A stretch of 64,000 nucleotides of DNA from Myxococcales bacterium (lineage in GTDB: Bacteria; Myxococcota_A; Polyangia; Polyangiales; DASUME01). The stretch's first letter is position 1; the number at the start of each line of letters is the position of its first letter. The stretch spans positions 3,680,001-3,744,000 of the forward strand of contig JASGJH010000001.1 in NCBI GenBank assembly GCA_047601445.1. The letters run 5' to 3'. Position numbers and translations under genes: made by a program. Positions 9,789 through 19,885 of the stretch are shown here, in pieces. Below the pieces are notes generated by a model. It worked only from the letters and a program-made list of their open reading frames with translations, searched no databases and had not been told where the DNA came from.

Positions 9789-11245
9789 AGTTCGACCTGT
9801 AACTGGCCAATGACGCGGGTGTTATCGAGAGCCATGAAGGGCGGGATCTGCAGCGGCTTCGGCTGCTTGAGCACGGGCGAATGCGCCTGCACGTCGGTGC
9901 GGGTTACATCGAGCATGAAGCGCACGCGCTCCAAACAAATCAGCGTCAGACTCGCGGAGAGCGTGCGCCAGAGCCCCGTGCCGTGCTCGCGGTCGGCGTC
10001 CAACCATTCGGCGCGCAGGGCCGGCAGCAACTGCACGGAGCGCACGTCGAACCGGTAACCAGCGATGCCCCAGGCAGCCCAGGCGGATTTGGCGCCATAG
10101 CGCTCGTCGAGATCCACGCGGTCGATGTACATGAACTCGCCGCGCAACATGGCGCCCTTGCGCTTGATGCGAATGTCGGCGCTATAGGCGCGCCCCTTGC
10201 CCCAGTTCTTCTGCATCGGATGAGCCGGATCCGGCGGGTCGGGCAGCACGTCCTTGCCGGAGGTCTCGAAGGGTCGGTTGTAGGAGCGATTCCCGAGCTG
10301 CTGCACCATGTCGGCGCCGAGTCGCAGCCACTTGTTGGGCTTGCTCTCGGCGCGCGCGGCTAGGCTCCCCGCGGGCGAATCATGCTCGTCGTGGGCGTGT
10401 CCGCGAAACGCGCCGAGGTAGAGTCGGAGTCGCTTGGGCTTCTTGAGCGGCGCCACCGTCACCTGGGCCCCGAGGTCGCGACCGGCGAAGCCGAGGCTAT
10501 TCAAGAGCTGATTGGCGGGGCCTAGGTTGGCGAACTCGTAGCGACTCGTGGGGTCGAGCTCGAGCACCGAAAAGGGGACCTTGAATAGGCCGGCCACGAA
10601 CTCGAGCCGCTCGGGGATGGGCCGCAGCACCGCGTAGGCTTGCTTGAGAACGTCCTCCGGATCGTTGTCGATGAGCTCCGAGAAATCGAGCACCGACTTG
10701 AAGCCCAGGTACTTCACCGGATCGCTACTCAAGCGCACCAGCATGCGGTTGAGGCTGTAGCCGTCGCCCTGCTGAACGAGGTAGTCCTCCTTCTCGCGTC
10801 CCGTGATCAGCTCGTTCTTGCTCGCCGTGGCGAACGTGCTCGTGTAGCGGAACTGCATGAGCGCGCGCAGGGAGATCACGCTCAGGCCCTGGGGATCTCC
10901 CCAGGGATCGCCGGGGATGGACTCGACCTCAGGCTCGCTCTCGAGGGGTACGGCCGCCTGGTCGACACGCGGCGATGCCGGCGAGGCTGGTGCGGGCGCG
11001 GAGGCGCGCGACGGCAGGGGAACGCTGAGCAGCACGGGAGGAGCCTCGGACTGGTCCTGCCCTCCCAGATCTTCCTTGGCTGGCTCCGCACTCGGAGCGG
11101 GGTTTCCGAGCTGCTCGGCAGGTGGCTCGACGACCTGCGCGGCGTCCGACTCGACACCCGCGTCGCTCTGTGCGCGCGCCACCCGCGCCGAAAGCAGCGC
11201 AGCAAGCGAACACGAAATGCACGCGAAGGAGAGAAAGCGAAGCAT
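9785..11245 (-). CDS. Outer-membrane beta-barrel, phosphate-selective porin (OprO/P)-like
   Basis: Signal peptide; AGLFKVPFS..E, GRDLG, amphipathic strands, C-terminal GQLQVEL. Confidence 0.65.
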   Translation of the reverse strand: MLRFLSFACISCSLAALLSARVARAQSDAGVESDAAQVVEPPAEQLGNPAPSAEPAKEDLGGQDQSEAPPVLLSVPLPSRASAPAPASPASPRVDQAAVPLESEPEVESIPGDPWGDPQGLSVISLRALMQFRYTSTFATASKNELITGREKEDYLVQQGDGYSLNRMLVRLSSDPVKYLGFKSVLDFSELIDNDPEDVLKQAYAVLRPIPERLEFVAGLFKVPFSVLELDPTSRYEFANLGPANQLLNSLGFAGRDLGAQVTVAPLKKPKRLRLYLGAFRGHAHDEHDSPAGSLAARAESKPNKWLRLGADMVQQLGNRSYNRPFETSGKDVLPDPPDPAHPMQKNWGKGRAYSADIRIKRKGAMLRGEFMYIDRVDLDERYGAKSAWAAWGIAGYRFDVRSVQLLPALRAEWLDADREHGTGLWRTLSASLTLICLERVRFMLDVTRTDVQAHSPVLKQPKPLQIPPFMALDNTRVIGQLQVEL

Positions 11246-11290
11246 GAATACCGAATGGAGGAAGGCGCCCCGCGCAGCGAGGCCACGCGA

Positions 11291-12010
11291 TCAAGGAGTG
11301 AGCTGGAAGCTGACGAGCTCTTCGGTCTGCCCGCCGGTTTCCTTCACCTTGCCAATGCCGGGCACGTACCAATAGGTCTTGAGCGAAGTGTCGCCGGTCT
11401 TGCGGTAGACGATGGCGTGGAAGGTTCCCGCCGGCACCGTGACGTCTTGCTCGCCGTCGACCAACCAGTGGTCCTGTGCGTCCGCGGTGCTCTGGGTGCC
11501 ATCGTCGGGGAGCTTGGTCTCTTTGTAGATCTCGTCCCACTCGGCGCCCGCCACGCGGTGCTCGACGCTGCCGTCGATATGCAGCTTGTGAGGTTGCCAG
11601 TACTCCTCGAGCTTGAGCGCGCCCGTCTTGGCGCCGTAGGAGAGCTCGCGATAACGCACCACGCGATCGCCATCGAGGGCCTGGTAGCTCACGGTCTCGT
11701 CGCTCTGGCCCTTCTTGGTGGTCACCTTGTTGGCGCGTTTGTCCTTATTGGGACCGGTGCCGCCCACCGCTTCTTCGGCGCCGATGGTGACCACCTTGGT
11801 GGTCACTTCGCCGTTGTCGGTGACGCGATAGGTCCAGTTGTTCCCGGTGTGCCACGGGAGCATCGGGAGCGCCTCACCGGCGTCGCCAGTGGGCTCGGAG
11901 TCACCATCGCCCACGCTTCCGCCGTCGGCTGGCCCTTGCGCCGGATCGGCGCCGCAGGCGAACAAACACAGCGCCACGAGCGGCGCACCCCAGGATCGGT
12001 GACCAAGCAT
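11291..12010 (-). CDS. Hypothetical lipoprotein (beta-rich, VTVPAGTF...YWYVPGIG family)
   Basis: LFAC lipobox; GAGGA RBS; start overlaps the upstream stop. Confidence 0.75.
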   Translation of the reverse strand: MLGHRSWGAPLVALCLFACGADPAQGPADGGSVGDGDSEPTGDAGEALPMLPWHTGNNWTYRVTDNGEVTTKVVTIGAEEAVGGTGPNKDKRANKVTTKKGQSDETVSYQALDGDRVVRYRELSYGAKTGALKLEEYWQPHKLHIDGSVEHRVAGAEWDEIYKETKLPDDGTQSTADAQDHWLVDGEQDVTVPAGTFHAIVYRKTGDTSLKTYWYVPGIGKVKETGGQTEELVSFQLTP

Positions 12011-12690
12011 CAGTCCTCCTCTGCCAACGCGACCCTGCGAATGCCCGGCACACCGGCGCGTTCGAGCTGGGCACGCAGCGTATCGGCGTCTTCGTTGGGG
12101 CTTAGCTCGAGTTCGATCACGAGCTTCCCGCTGTCCTTGCCGAGCTCGGCCGCGTTGGTGGCCAGCTCCATGATGCGCGCCGTGGGGAACACGGTCTGCA
12201 CTTGCCCGCGCACCGCGCCAGCGTTCTCGGCGTTGATGGTGATCAGTGTGGCGCGGGTCATCTTGCGAGCCCCGTAGTCGAACACGGTGAGCAAGATGCA
12301 CACGAACAGCGTGGCCGCCGCGGCCATCGCGAATAGTCCCAGGCCGCACGCCATGCCGATGCCGATCATCACGAACATCACAGCGGCGTCGCGCGGATCG
12401 CTGATGCCCGAGCGAAAACGGATGAAGGACCCGAGGCCCACCAGGCCGAACGCGCGCGCGGGCGAATCGCCGATCACCACCACCATCACCGCACCGGCCG
12501 CGGCGATCAGGGTCTGCGATTGGGCGCTCTGCAGGGACGGTTTCGACATGAACGGCATGAACCTGCGCCAGGCACGGAATGCGAGGCAGGCCCCGAGCAC
12601 GGTGGCCACGCTCATGCGCACGAAGAGCTCCGACAGCCTGGGCAATTCGGTCATGCTCTGGCCGAAGGCGTCCGTGATAGAAAACGGCAT
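12010..12690 (-). CDS. DUF4956 / MgtC-like membrane protein
   Basis: AFGLVGLGSFIRFRSGISDPRD...IGIGMACGLG; translationally coupled (TGATG overlaps). Confidence 0.82.
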   Translation of the reverse strand: MPFSITDAFGQSMTELPRLSELFVRMSVATVLGACLAFRAWRRFMPFMSKPSLQSAQSQTLIAAAGAVMVVVIGDSPARAFGLVGLGSFIRFRSGISDPRDAAVMFVMIGIGMACGLGLFAMAAAATLFVCILLTVFDYGARKMTRATLITINAENAGAVRGQVQTVFPTARIMELATNAAELGKDSGKLVIELELSPNEDADTLRAQLERAGVPGIRRVALAEED

Positions 12691-14381
12691 CAGCCCTCCC
12701 CTTCCCAGCCACGGTGGAGACCGAGCGCGATGGCGGTGGCGTGCTTGAGTAGCGACACGTTGTCCCCGTGCAGCGCGAGCCGACGCGCCACGAACTCCTG
12801 CCCACGCGGCGTATCCGCCAACGAGCCGAGTGATTTGACGGCAGTCGAAGGCCACTGGTCCGCGAACTCGGTGCGCAAAGCCCAGGCGGCCTCGGCTTCG
12901 ACACCGACCATCCCGTCGAGCGCCTCCTTCACGTCGGCGGCCACCGCGCGTCGCATCTGCCAGGCCTCCGGGACATCGAGCCGACGCAGGGACTCCATCA
13001 CGGTCTTGGGCGCGTACCGCAGGTAACTCGCGCGTAGCTCGAAGCTGCGCGCGGAGCTCAAATGGGCCAGCGAACCAACGCAAGCCAGGGGAGCCGCCGC
13101 GCGCGTGCTCTCGCGCAGCGCCCAGGCCCGTTCATCGGAGAGCCCTTGCACGCTCTTGGCCGCCGCACGCGCCAACCCGTAGTGCGTCCGCAGATCCTTG
13201 CGGTGCTGCGCCAAGAGGGAGTCGCGCAGCCGCCACGAGCGCTCACAGGCGAGACCGCTCAAGGAGAAGAGCACCGCCTCGGCGTGCTCCTCCCGCGCGC
13301 GCTCGCGCAGCGCCCAGGCGAGTTCCGAGTCCCGCTGGGCGAGTCCTTTGAGCACCTCGCCGGGAGCGCGCTCGAACAGCGCGGCCTGCAGGGCCTGCCC
13401 CTGCGGGTGGAGCGCGGCCGGGCCCGTGAGACCGCGGGCCACCTGCGCCGGATGAAGCAGCGCGAGCTCTTCGCGCAGCTGCCAGCTCAGCGGATTGGTC
13501 AAGCCAGCGAGTCCAGCCAAGACCACCTGCGGAGCGTGACGCGCGAGGGCCAGACGCAGATCGTCCACCGTCCCGCCAAACAGACCTGCCAGCATGTACG
13601 CCGCCACCTGCGGCTCGCGCTCGGCGCGCAGCTGGATCCAGTGCAAGAAGGCGTCGCGTGCCTGCTCCGGCGAAGACAGCGGTGGGGCCGCTCTCGGCTG
13701 TGTGCGACGAGCCTGCGCCTCACGCAACGCCGTGCTTGCGCCCAGGCGAGCCCCCGCGTCGATCAAGGTCGTAACCTCGACGACCACCTCCTCCAGGGGC
13801 GCGTCGTTGTGCACCGTGAACCAGCGCTCCGGGGACTCCGCTGCCAGCTCGCGATAACCTGCCCGCAGGCGCTGCGAGAGGCCCACGCCCGAGAGTCCCT
13901 TGCGCGACGGCGTGCGGCCGCCTTTGCTGACGAGCTTCGAGCTCTTGCGCCGGGCCCGCGCCAGGCTGGGGTCGAGATCGACCAACACGACGAGTTCGGG
14001 CGCCAGGCCCGCCGCGGCGGCGTTCACGACGGGCGTCACGTAGTCCGGCGGCAGATGCCGCCCGAAGCGGGCCAACACCTCCGCGGTGTAGAGAAAGCGA
14101 TCCGCGATCACGATGTCATGGTCCTCGAGCGCCGGGAGCAGCGACTCCTCCATGAGTTGCACGTCGCGAGCCACGTAAAGCAAGAACTCTGCGCGCGGAT
14201 CGAGGGCGAGGTTCTGGCTATCGCGCGAGAGCTCGCGGATGGACTCCGACACGGTCGACGCGAATCTACCCTCGGCCCGCAAGTGCTTCACGCGGTAGCC
14301 CTGGGCCTTGAGCCGCTCGACCACACGATTGGAGATGGTGGTCTTGCCGCAGCCGTCGATGCCCTCGAAGACCACGAACAT
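12690..14381 (-). CDS. tmk: Thymidylate-kinase-like protein with a long C-terminal helical-repeat extension
   Basis: FVVFEGIDGCGKTT P-loop, ADRFLYT; then about nine ~27-aa repeats (L.GL....AW.LRE). May be a non-housekeeping paralog. Confidence 0.75.
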   Translation of the reverse strand: MFVVFEGIDGCGKTTISNRVVERLKAQGYRVKHLRAEGRFASTVSESIRELSRDSQNLALDPRAEFLLYVARDVQLMEESLLPALEDHDIVIADRFLYTAEVLARFGRHLPPDYVTPVVNAAAAGLAPELVVLVDLDPSLARARRKSSKLVSKGGRTPSRKGLSGVGLSQRLRAGYRELAAESPERWFTVHNDAPLEEVVVEVTTLIDAGARLGASTALREAQARRTQPRAAPPLSSPEQARDAFLHWIQLRAEREPQVAAYMLAGLFGGTVDDLRLALARHAPQVVLAGLAGLTNPLSWQLREELALLHPAQVARGLTGPAALHPQGQALQAALFERAPGEVLKGLAQRDSELAWALRERAREEHAEAVLFSLSGLACERSWRLRDSLLAQHRKDLRTHYGLARAAAKSVQGLSDERAWALRESTRAAAPLACVGSLAHLSSARSFELRASYLRYAPKTVMESLRRLDVPEAWQMRRAVAADVKEALDGMVGVEAEAAWALRTEFADQWPSTAVKSLGSLADTPRGQEFVARRLALHGDNVSLLKHATAIALGLHRGWEGEG

Positions 14382-14893
14382 CGGCGAGCTCTTCGCCGGG
14401 TCGCCGGAAGGGGCGCTAAGTATACGTAAGGACGTCACAAAAGATTATTTTCCCAAGCCGAACGCAGAAGTCTGTTGTCGCAAATTTGCCGTGGATTTGC
14501 CATCGAAACGTTGCCGGAGCGAGGGCACGAGGCGGCGAACACCTCACGGGGATAGGTGGCGGGCACGACCACTTCATGTCTCGAAACCCGCCGGGCTTGG
14601 CGGCGGGCGCAAGAATTAATCGAACCAGGCGGCTCACCAGGGACCTGGGAGGCATCGATCGCCGGGTCCGCGACCCAACGTCATCCTCCGGGGTGATCCC
14701 CACGGCCGCATGCATGAGCATGGCTCTCGACTCGCCCGCCGGCTCCAGGACGGTCCGGGAGCCGAGCAGCCGGTCTCGTGACTCACCAGGGTGCGGCGCC
14801 CCACGGTGAACCGGCCCAGATCGCGAGCTTCGCCTGACCTGCGCGAACCGTCAGCGCGGGCGAACGTCCGGAATGGCGCTCGACCCACTCGAC

Positions 14894-16012
14894 TCACTTG
14901 TGCGCGGTCTTGCCGGAGCCGGTCTTCTTGGCCGGCACGCCCCACGCCTCTTCCGCGCTCTCTTCGGCAGCCGCGGTGGGCTCGGCCGCTTCGGCTTCGT
15001 CGCCCGCAGAGGCCACCGACGACGAGGACGCGCCGCCGCCCAGGAACTCGTCTGCATCACGCGAGGTCTCGTCGGGCCACTCCTCCATCGGGATGTGGCC
15101 ACCCTCGGCGTAGACCTTGACCTGCAAGCCGTCCACGTCGCGCTTCCACTTGTCGATCAGCTCCGGCGGGACCCAGCGGTCCTTGCCGCCCCACATCAAG
15201 AGCGTGGGTACCTTGATCTGCGGGACGAACTTCGCCATCGAGTCTTCGTCGTTGTACTTACGCAGCACCTTGAAGTACTCGACCATCGAGTTCTTGTGGC
15301 CCTTCTTGAGCAGAAGGTCGTGGTAGCGGTCGATGATCACGTCGGTCACCGACTCCGGGTGTCCGTAGACCTTCTTCACGTTGCGCTTCACGATCGAACG
15401 CAGCGCCGCGATCTGCGCCATCGTGCCGCCGAAGCCGCCCGAGGCGAACTTGATGATGCGAGGCAGGGGCTGCTGATAGGCGATCGGATCGATCAGCACG
15501 AGCTTTTCGATGCGCTCGGGGTGCTTGGTGGCGTAGAACCAGGAGACGAAGCCGCCGAGCGAGTTGCCAGCAAGCAGGAACCTCTCCGCCTTGGCCTTGA
15601 GCTCGGGATGCTCGTCGCCGAGCTGCATGCGCATCTTCTCAAAGAGCTCCACGGCGTATTCGGGCGTGTAGTTCTTGTTGGCGAGCGGCTCGCTCAGGCC
15701 GAAGCCGGGCAAGTCGATGCGCAGGATGTGGTACTTGGAGCCGAGGTTCTGGACCCATCCGTCCCAGGTGTGCGTGTCGGCGAGCACGCCGTGCAGCAGG
15801 ACCAGTAGGGGCGCGTCGGGATTGCCGTCGATGCGGTAGTGCATCTTGGTCCCGTCGACCGTGGTGAACTGGGAGTTCGAGGCGCCGTACTTCTCCTGAA
15901 GCTTGGCGTCCGAGATGGTGCTCATGCCCATGCGCTGACAGCCGAGGGAGAACAGGCTGAGAACGAGGCACAAGACGAGGAGTCGTGCTTGGTGAATCTT
16001 GGAGAGCGTCAT
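14894..16012 (-). CDS. Alpha/beta hydrolase (probable lipoprotein)
   Basis: LLHG, DLPGFG, GNSLGG nucleophile, WGGKD, GHIPMEE; LGC lipobox. Confidence 0.9.
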   Translation of the reverse strand: MTLSKIHQARLLVLCLVLSLFSLGCQRMGMSTISDAKLQEKYGASNSQFTTVDGTKMHYRIDGNPDAPLLVLLHGVLADTHTWDGWVQNLGSKYHILRIDLPGFGLSEPLANKNYTPEYAVELFEKMRMQLGDEHPELKAKAERFLLAGNSLGGFVSWFYATKHPERIEKLVLIDPIAYQQPLPRIIKFASGGFGGTMAQIAALRSIVKRNVKKVYGHPESVTDVIIDRYHDLLLKKGHKNSMVEYFKVLRKYNDEDSMAKFVPQIKVPTLLMWGGKDRWVPPELIDKWKRDVDGLQVKVYAEGGHIPMEEWPDETSRDADEFLGGGASSSSVASAGDEAEAAEPTAAAEESAEEAWGVPAKKTGSGKTAHK

Positions 16013-16118
16013 GGGCCGCTTGTACCTGGGGTCATCTGCCACGGCAGTGACCGATTGGTCGCCGCACGTTGCCAGACGTTGGCCAAAATGACCGCGGCGC
16101 GCACACGCGATCTAGCGC

Positions 16119-17132
16119 TCAACAGGCCAGTAAGATGGCTCGCTGATCGCGCTTGTAAGCGGCCGGCGTCTGGCCCGTCCAGCGCTTGAAAGCGCGATGA
16201 AAGGCACTCGGCTCGGAGTAGCCGAGACGATCTGCAATGCTCTTGATGGTCACGTCGGTCTCGAGCAGCAAGTAGCGCGCTCGTTCCAGGCGCGCTTCTT
16301 CGAGCAGTCCCGACAGAGTCTTGCCTTCGGAGACTAGACGTCTGCGCAAACGACGCGATGACATTCCGAGCAGTTTTCCTAACTTGTTGGGCCCAGCCTC
16401 CCACAGAGTCGGATCGGACTTGAGCAAGTTGAACACGCGGCGATGGACCGGTACCCCCACCATCTCCGATTCCAGCGTCGCGTCCGCCTCCTCCTTGAGC
16501 ACGCGCACCAGGCGCTCGTCCGTGAAGCTGCGCACACGATCGAGGGCTTCCGAGTAGAAAACGAGCTCCGGCCGCAGCTGGCCATGGACCACCGGGCAGC
16601 CGAAGATGCGCCGGTACTCGTGGGCGTGGGCCGGCTCCGCGTAGGGCAGTCTGAGCTCGTACAGGCCCAGCTCCGGCCCCAGGTACTCGCGCGCCACGCG
16701 CGCCAGGAGCGTGAAGGTGTACTCGACCACGAAGCGCAGCTCCTGGTCGACGCTGGGCGGGAGCTCCAGCCAGACCGAGGTCGTGGGCCCGTCGTCGTGG
16801 ACGCGTAGGTGCCCACGATCGGCGAGCAAAGGCAAGTAGCGCTCGAGCTCCGCGAAAGCGTGCCGTAGCGAAGAGCACTGCAGCACCAGAGCCCCCACGA
16901 GCCCAAGACAACGCCACGGCGCCCGCTCCGCAGCGTGCAGACCGAGCGCCGCATCTCCGGTCAGGCGATGGGCCGCATAGCCGGCGCGAAACATGACCTC
17001 CAGGTCCACGCGCGCGCGTGCGTCGTGACGCAGCGCCTGCGCGACGCCCGCCTCCTCCAGCAGCGCCTCGACGTGCGCGCGGTTGTCCAGGAGCGCGCAC
17101 AGCCCCTCGACCACGAAAAGGGATACCTGCAT
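16119..17132 (-). CDS. AraC family transcriptional regulator
   Basis: IADRLGYSEPSAFHRAFKRWTG; GGAGG RBS. Confidence 0.92.
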   Translation of the reverse strand: MQVSLFVVEGLCALLDNRAHVEALLEEAGVAQALRHDARARVDLEVMFRAGYAAHRLTGDAALGLHAAERAPWRCLGLVGALVLQCSSLRHAFAELERYLPLLADRGHLRVHDDGPTTSVWLELPPSVDQELRFVVEYTFTLLARVAREYLGPELGLYELRLPYAEPAHAHEYRRIFGCPVVHGQLRPELVFYSEALDRVRSFTDERLVRVLKEEADATLESEMVGVPVHRRVFNLLKSDPTLWEAGPNKLGKLLGMSSRRLRRRLVSEGKTLSGLLEEARLERARYLLLETDVTIKSIADRLGYSEPSAFHRAFKRWTGQTPAAYKRDQRAILLAC

Positions 17133-17185
17133 GACCGCCTCCTCCGTCTTGCCTTCAGCGCGCGCTGGTCCGCGCGGCTCAAAAC

Positions 17186-18577
17186 TCAGTCGAAGGTTCC
17201 GACCTTGGTGTTCTTCTCGGCCAGGATGTCGGCCACCCACTCCGCGATGGTCTTGTCGAGGCCGTTCTTGTTGTAATAGTCGGGACGGAAGAGATGCATG
17301 TGAGGACTGCCCTCCATGCCGTAGTAGCCGAGCTGATCCTCGCCGAAGGTCTGAGCAGCGTCCTTCAACCCCTCAGTGAACTTGGAGCCTGGGTACACCT
17401 CGTCGAGATAGAGCGCCGAGAACACGGTGCTGTAGCCGGGGTCGACCGTGCAGTTGTCGGGTTTCCCCTTGGTAGCGTTGAGACCGGGCGCGAAGAAGGC
17501 GCGGATGATCTCGTCTTGCTTGGTGGAGATGGCGCCACCCAACATGCGGCCCTTGTACTTGGTGTGGAAGTAGTAGTCCGCGAGCGCCTGCGTGAGTCCG
17601 CCGCCGTCTTCGTGGAAGCAATCCTTGCAGTCCTTGGGCAGGACCTTGTCGAGGCCCCACAGCTCGCGCCAACGCTTCTGGAGGCAAGCCGCCATGTACT
17701 CGTCGCGCATGGGAATGCCGGAGTCGGTGATGCCGATGACCTTGCCGCCGTAGGGCTTGAAGAACTCCTGGGTACGGTCGAAGTTCAGGAGCGTACCGAA
17801 GCCACCCGCGCTCGAGCCGGTGAGCAAGATGGTCTTGGCCGAGGCGAAGCTCGGCCCGAAACTCTCGAGGAACAGCCCGAAATTCGTGTAGCCCACGAAC
17901 TGCTGCACGCCGGGCACATCCTTCACGGTCACATCGGTGTTCACACCCGCGTGGATGTCCCCAGTGCAGTAGGGCACGAAGATCATGTTCCAGTCGCCCA
18001 CCGGGTTGCGTGGGTCACGCTTGAACACGCCCTCCTCCACAGGAAGCTGTCGCCACGGCGACGGGCCGAACACCAGGTTGCCCGTGCCCTGGATCAAGTA
18101 TTCGAGCGGCATGTCCTGGGAGACGTTGACCGGATTCAATCCGCAAAAGAAGTGGTCGGCACAGGCGCCGCCGCCGTTGAGAAAGATCATCAGATCTTTG
18201 GATTTGCCGAGGCGGTAGTAGTAGCCCGCGGGCGAGCCGTCGCGACACTTGGAGCCCTTGGTCTCCACCCAGGTCCAGCCGCTGTAGTCCTCGCCCTTGG
18301 GCAAGCTCGACGGCGTGCTGGCGTCGGGCGTGCTCGAGCCCGGTTCACCGCCGTCACCGTCTCCCGTCCCGAACTCACCGTCGCCGTCGCCATGGTGGCT
18401 GGTGTCCCCATCGCCGACCGCGTCGTCGTCGCCGTCTCCATCGCCGTCTCCATCTCCTGTGGAGGGATAGCCATCGGAGCCGGTCTTCTTCGGACCTGGG
18501 TCGTCGCCACAGGCTGTCAGCACGGGAAGCAGCAGGCACAGCGAAAGGCAGTGCACACGCATTACACGTCGAAACAT
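17186..18577 (-). CDS. Pectin acetylesterase/Notum family hydrolase lipoprotein with Gly-Asp linker
   Basis: LTAC lipobox; CRDGSP, LNGGGAC, VPYCTGD, GSSAGG. Confidence 0.85.
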   Translation of the reverse strand: MFRRVMRVHCLSLCLLLPVLTACGDDPGPKKTGSDGYPSTGDGDGDGDGDDDAVGDGDTSHHGDGDGEFGTGDGDGGEPGSSTPDASTPSSLPKGEDYSGWTWVETKGSKCRDGSPAGYYYRLGKSKDLMIFLNGGGACADHFFCGLNPVNVSQDMPLEYLIQGTGNLVFGPSPWRQLPVEEGVFKRDPRNPVGDWNMIFVPYCTGDIHAGVNTDVTVKDVPGVQQFVGYTNFGLFLESFGPSFASAKTILLTGSSAGGFGTLLNFDRTQEFFKPYGGKVIGITDSGIPMRDEYMAACLQKRWRELWGLDKVLPKDCKDCFHEDGGGLTQALADYYFHTKYKGRMLGGAISTKQDEIIRAFFAPGLNATKGKPDNCTVDPGYSTVFSALYLDEVYPGSKFTEGLKDAAQTFGEDQLGYYGMEGSPHMHLFRPDYYNKNGLDKTIAEWVADILAEKNTKVGTFD

Positions 18578-18818
18578 CGAGGAACCTCGCAAAGCAAGAC
18601 GGCCGACTCTCTCGAGTGAACCGTTGACCAAGTGAGGCGAAGCTAACGAGCTATGCGTGCTGCGACGACAGCAGCGGAGGACGCAAAGTAGGCCGCGGGG
18701 GTCAGTCGGTAAGTAGAATGACCGACTACGTCAACGCCGGGGGCCGGCATTTCTGGGAGGCTCGATGCTGCGGTTCGGCCCAGCTCGACCCTCTCTGGTC
18801 CAACCGCTCGCCTTTCTT

Positions 18819-19844
18819 ATGTGCCTGTCGCGCCTCCTCCTCCAGTCGGTGACCGCCGAGCTCCACGAGCGGGGCATCGATCCGCATCCGTTCTTCGATG
18901 ACCTCGACAGCTTGCTGAGCGGACCCAGCATGAGCGCCTCGGGCATCGGTCCACGCCAGATCGAGGTCGCGGTCGAACGCCTGTGTGCTCACGTCGGTGA
19001 TCCCGGCTTTGCGCTCGTCATGGCTCAAGAAGCGCCCGACACCATGCTGCACGTGATCGGCCACTTGATGCTCACCTGCGAGACGGTACTCGAGCGCTTC
19101 CGCGTGTTCGAGCGCTACGCACCGCTCTTCATCCATGGCATCGACTGGCACTTCGAGGAGCACGAGACCGATGCCGTGTTCGGCTTCAGTCCGCCTCCCG
19201 TGGGAGAACCCGCAGCGCGCTTCATCGCCGAGTGGATCCTGGTCTTTGCGCTCAAGGTGGGCCGACAACAAGCGCGTCGCCCGCGTGCCGTACCCCAGGA
19301 ACTGCGCCTCGCCCACAGCGCGCCGAGCTACGCGGATCGCTACGCCCAGGTGTTCGGCTGCCCGGTGCTGTTCGATCAGCCCACCTACTCGCTGGTGTTT
19401 CCCCGCAATCTGGCGGAGCGCCGGCAACCACACGCCGATGCGGTGGTGGCCGCAGCCCTACGCGATGTGGCCGAGGGGCTGTATCGTGAAGCCACCGGCG
19501 CGAGCAGCTTCGTGGAGCGCGTGCGCCACCACATCGCGGCCTTGCCGAGCCTGGCCGAGGTCGACTTCGACTCGGTCTCACGGGAACTCGGTCTAAGTCC
19601 GCGCAGCCTGCGGCGCCGCCTCACCGACGAAGGTCACTCGCTGACGGGTCTACTCGAAGAAGCGCGCTGTCGACGCGCGCGCGACGAACTCAGCATCTGC
19701 GACGAGAGCATCGACGCCATCGCCGAGCGCCTCGGCTATGCGGACACCAGCTCGTTCCATCGCGCGTTCAAGCGCTGGACCGGCCAGACCCCCTTCGATT
19801 TCCGTCGGAGTGCACGGCAGGCTCGATCGGCGGAGGCTCGCTGA
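18819..19844 (+). CDS. AraC family transcriptional regulator
   Basis: IAERLGYADTSSFHRAFKRWTG; start uncertain. Confidence 0.9.
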   Translation: MCLSRLLLQSVTAELHERGIDPHPFFDDLDSLLSGPSMSASGIGPRQIEVAVERLCAHVGDPGFALVMAQEAPDTMLHVIGHLMLTCETVLERFRVFERYAPLFIHGIDWHFEEHETDAVFGFSPPPVGEPAARFIAEWILVFALKVGRQQARRPRAVPQELRLAHSAPSYADRYAQVFGCPVLFDQPTYSLVFPRNLAERRQPHADAVVAAALRDVAEGLYREATGASSFVERVRHHIAALPSLAEVDFDSVSRELGLSPRSLRRRLTDEGHSLTGLLEEARCRRARDELSICDESIDAIAERLGYADTSSFHRAFKRWTGQTPFDFRRSARQARSAEAR

Positions 19845-19885
19845 GGCTCGCCGGCGTAGGTGACAAACGTCAGGGGTCGTGAATC

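Noticed and set aside
6372..10058. 1228-aa plus-strand ORF (and similar long ORFs at 10640-12277, 32032-33834, 49312-51384)
   Set aside because: Antisense shadows of well-supported genes in high-GC DNA; no motifs.
14430..14505. Pho box or sigma-54 site upstream of the Tmk-like operon
   Set aside because: Only half-site or bare GG-N10-GC matches; too degenerate.
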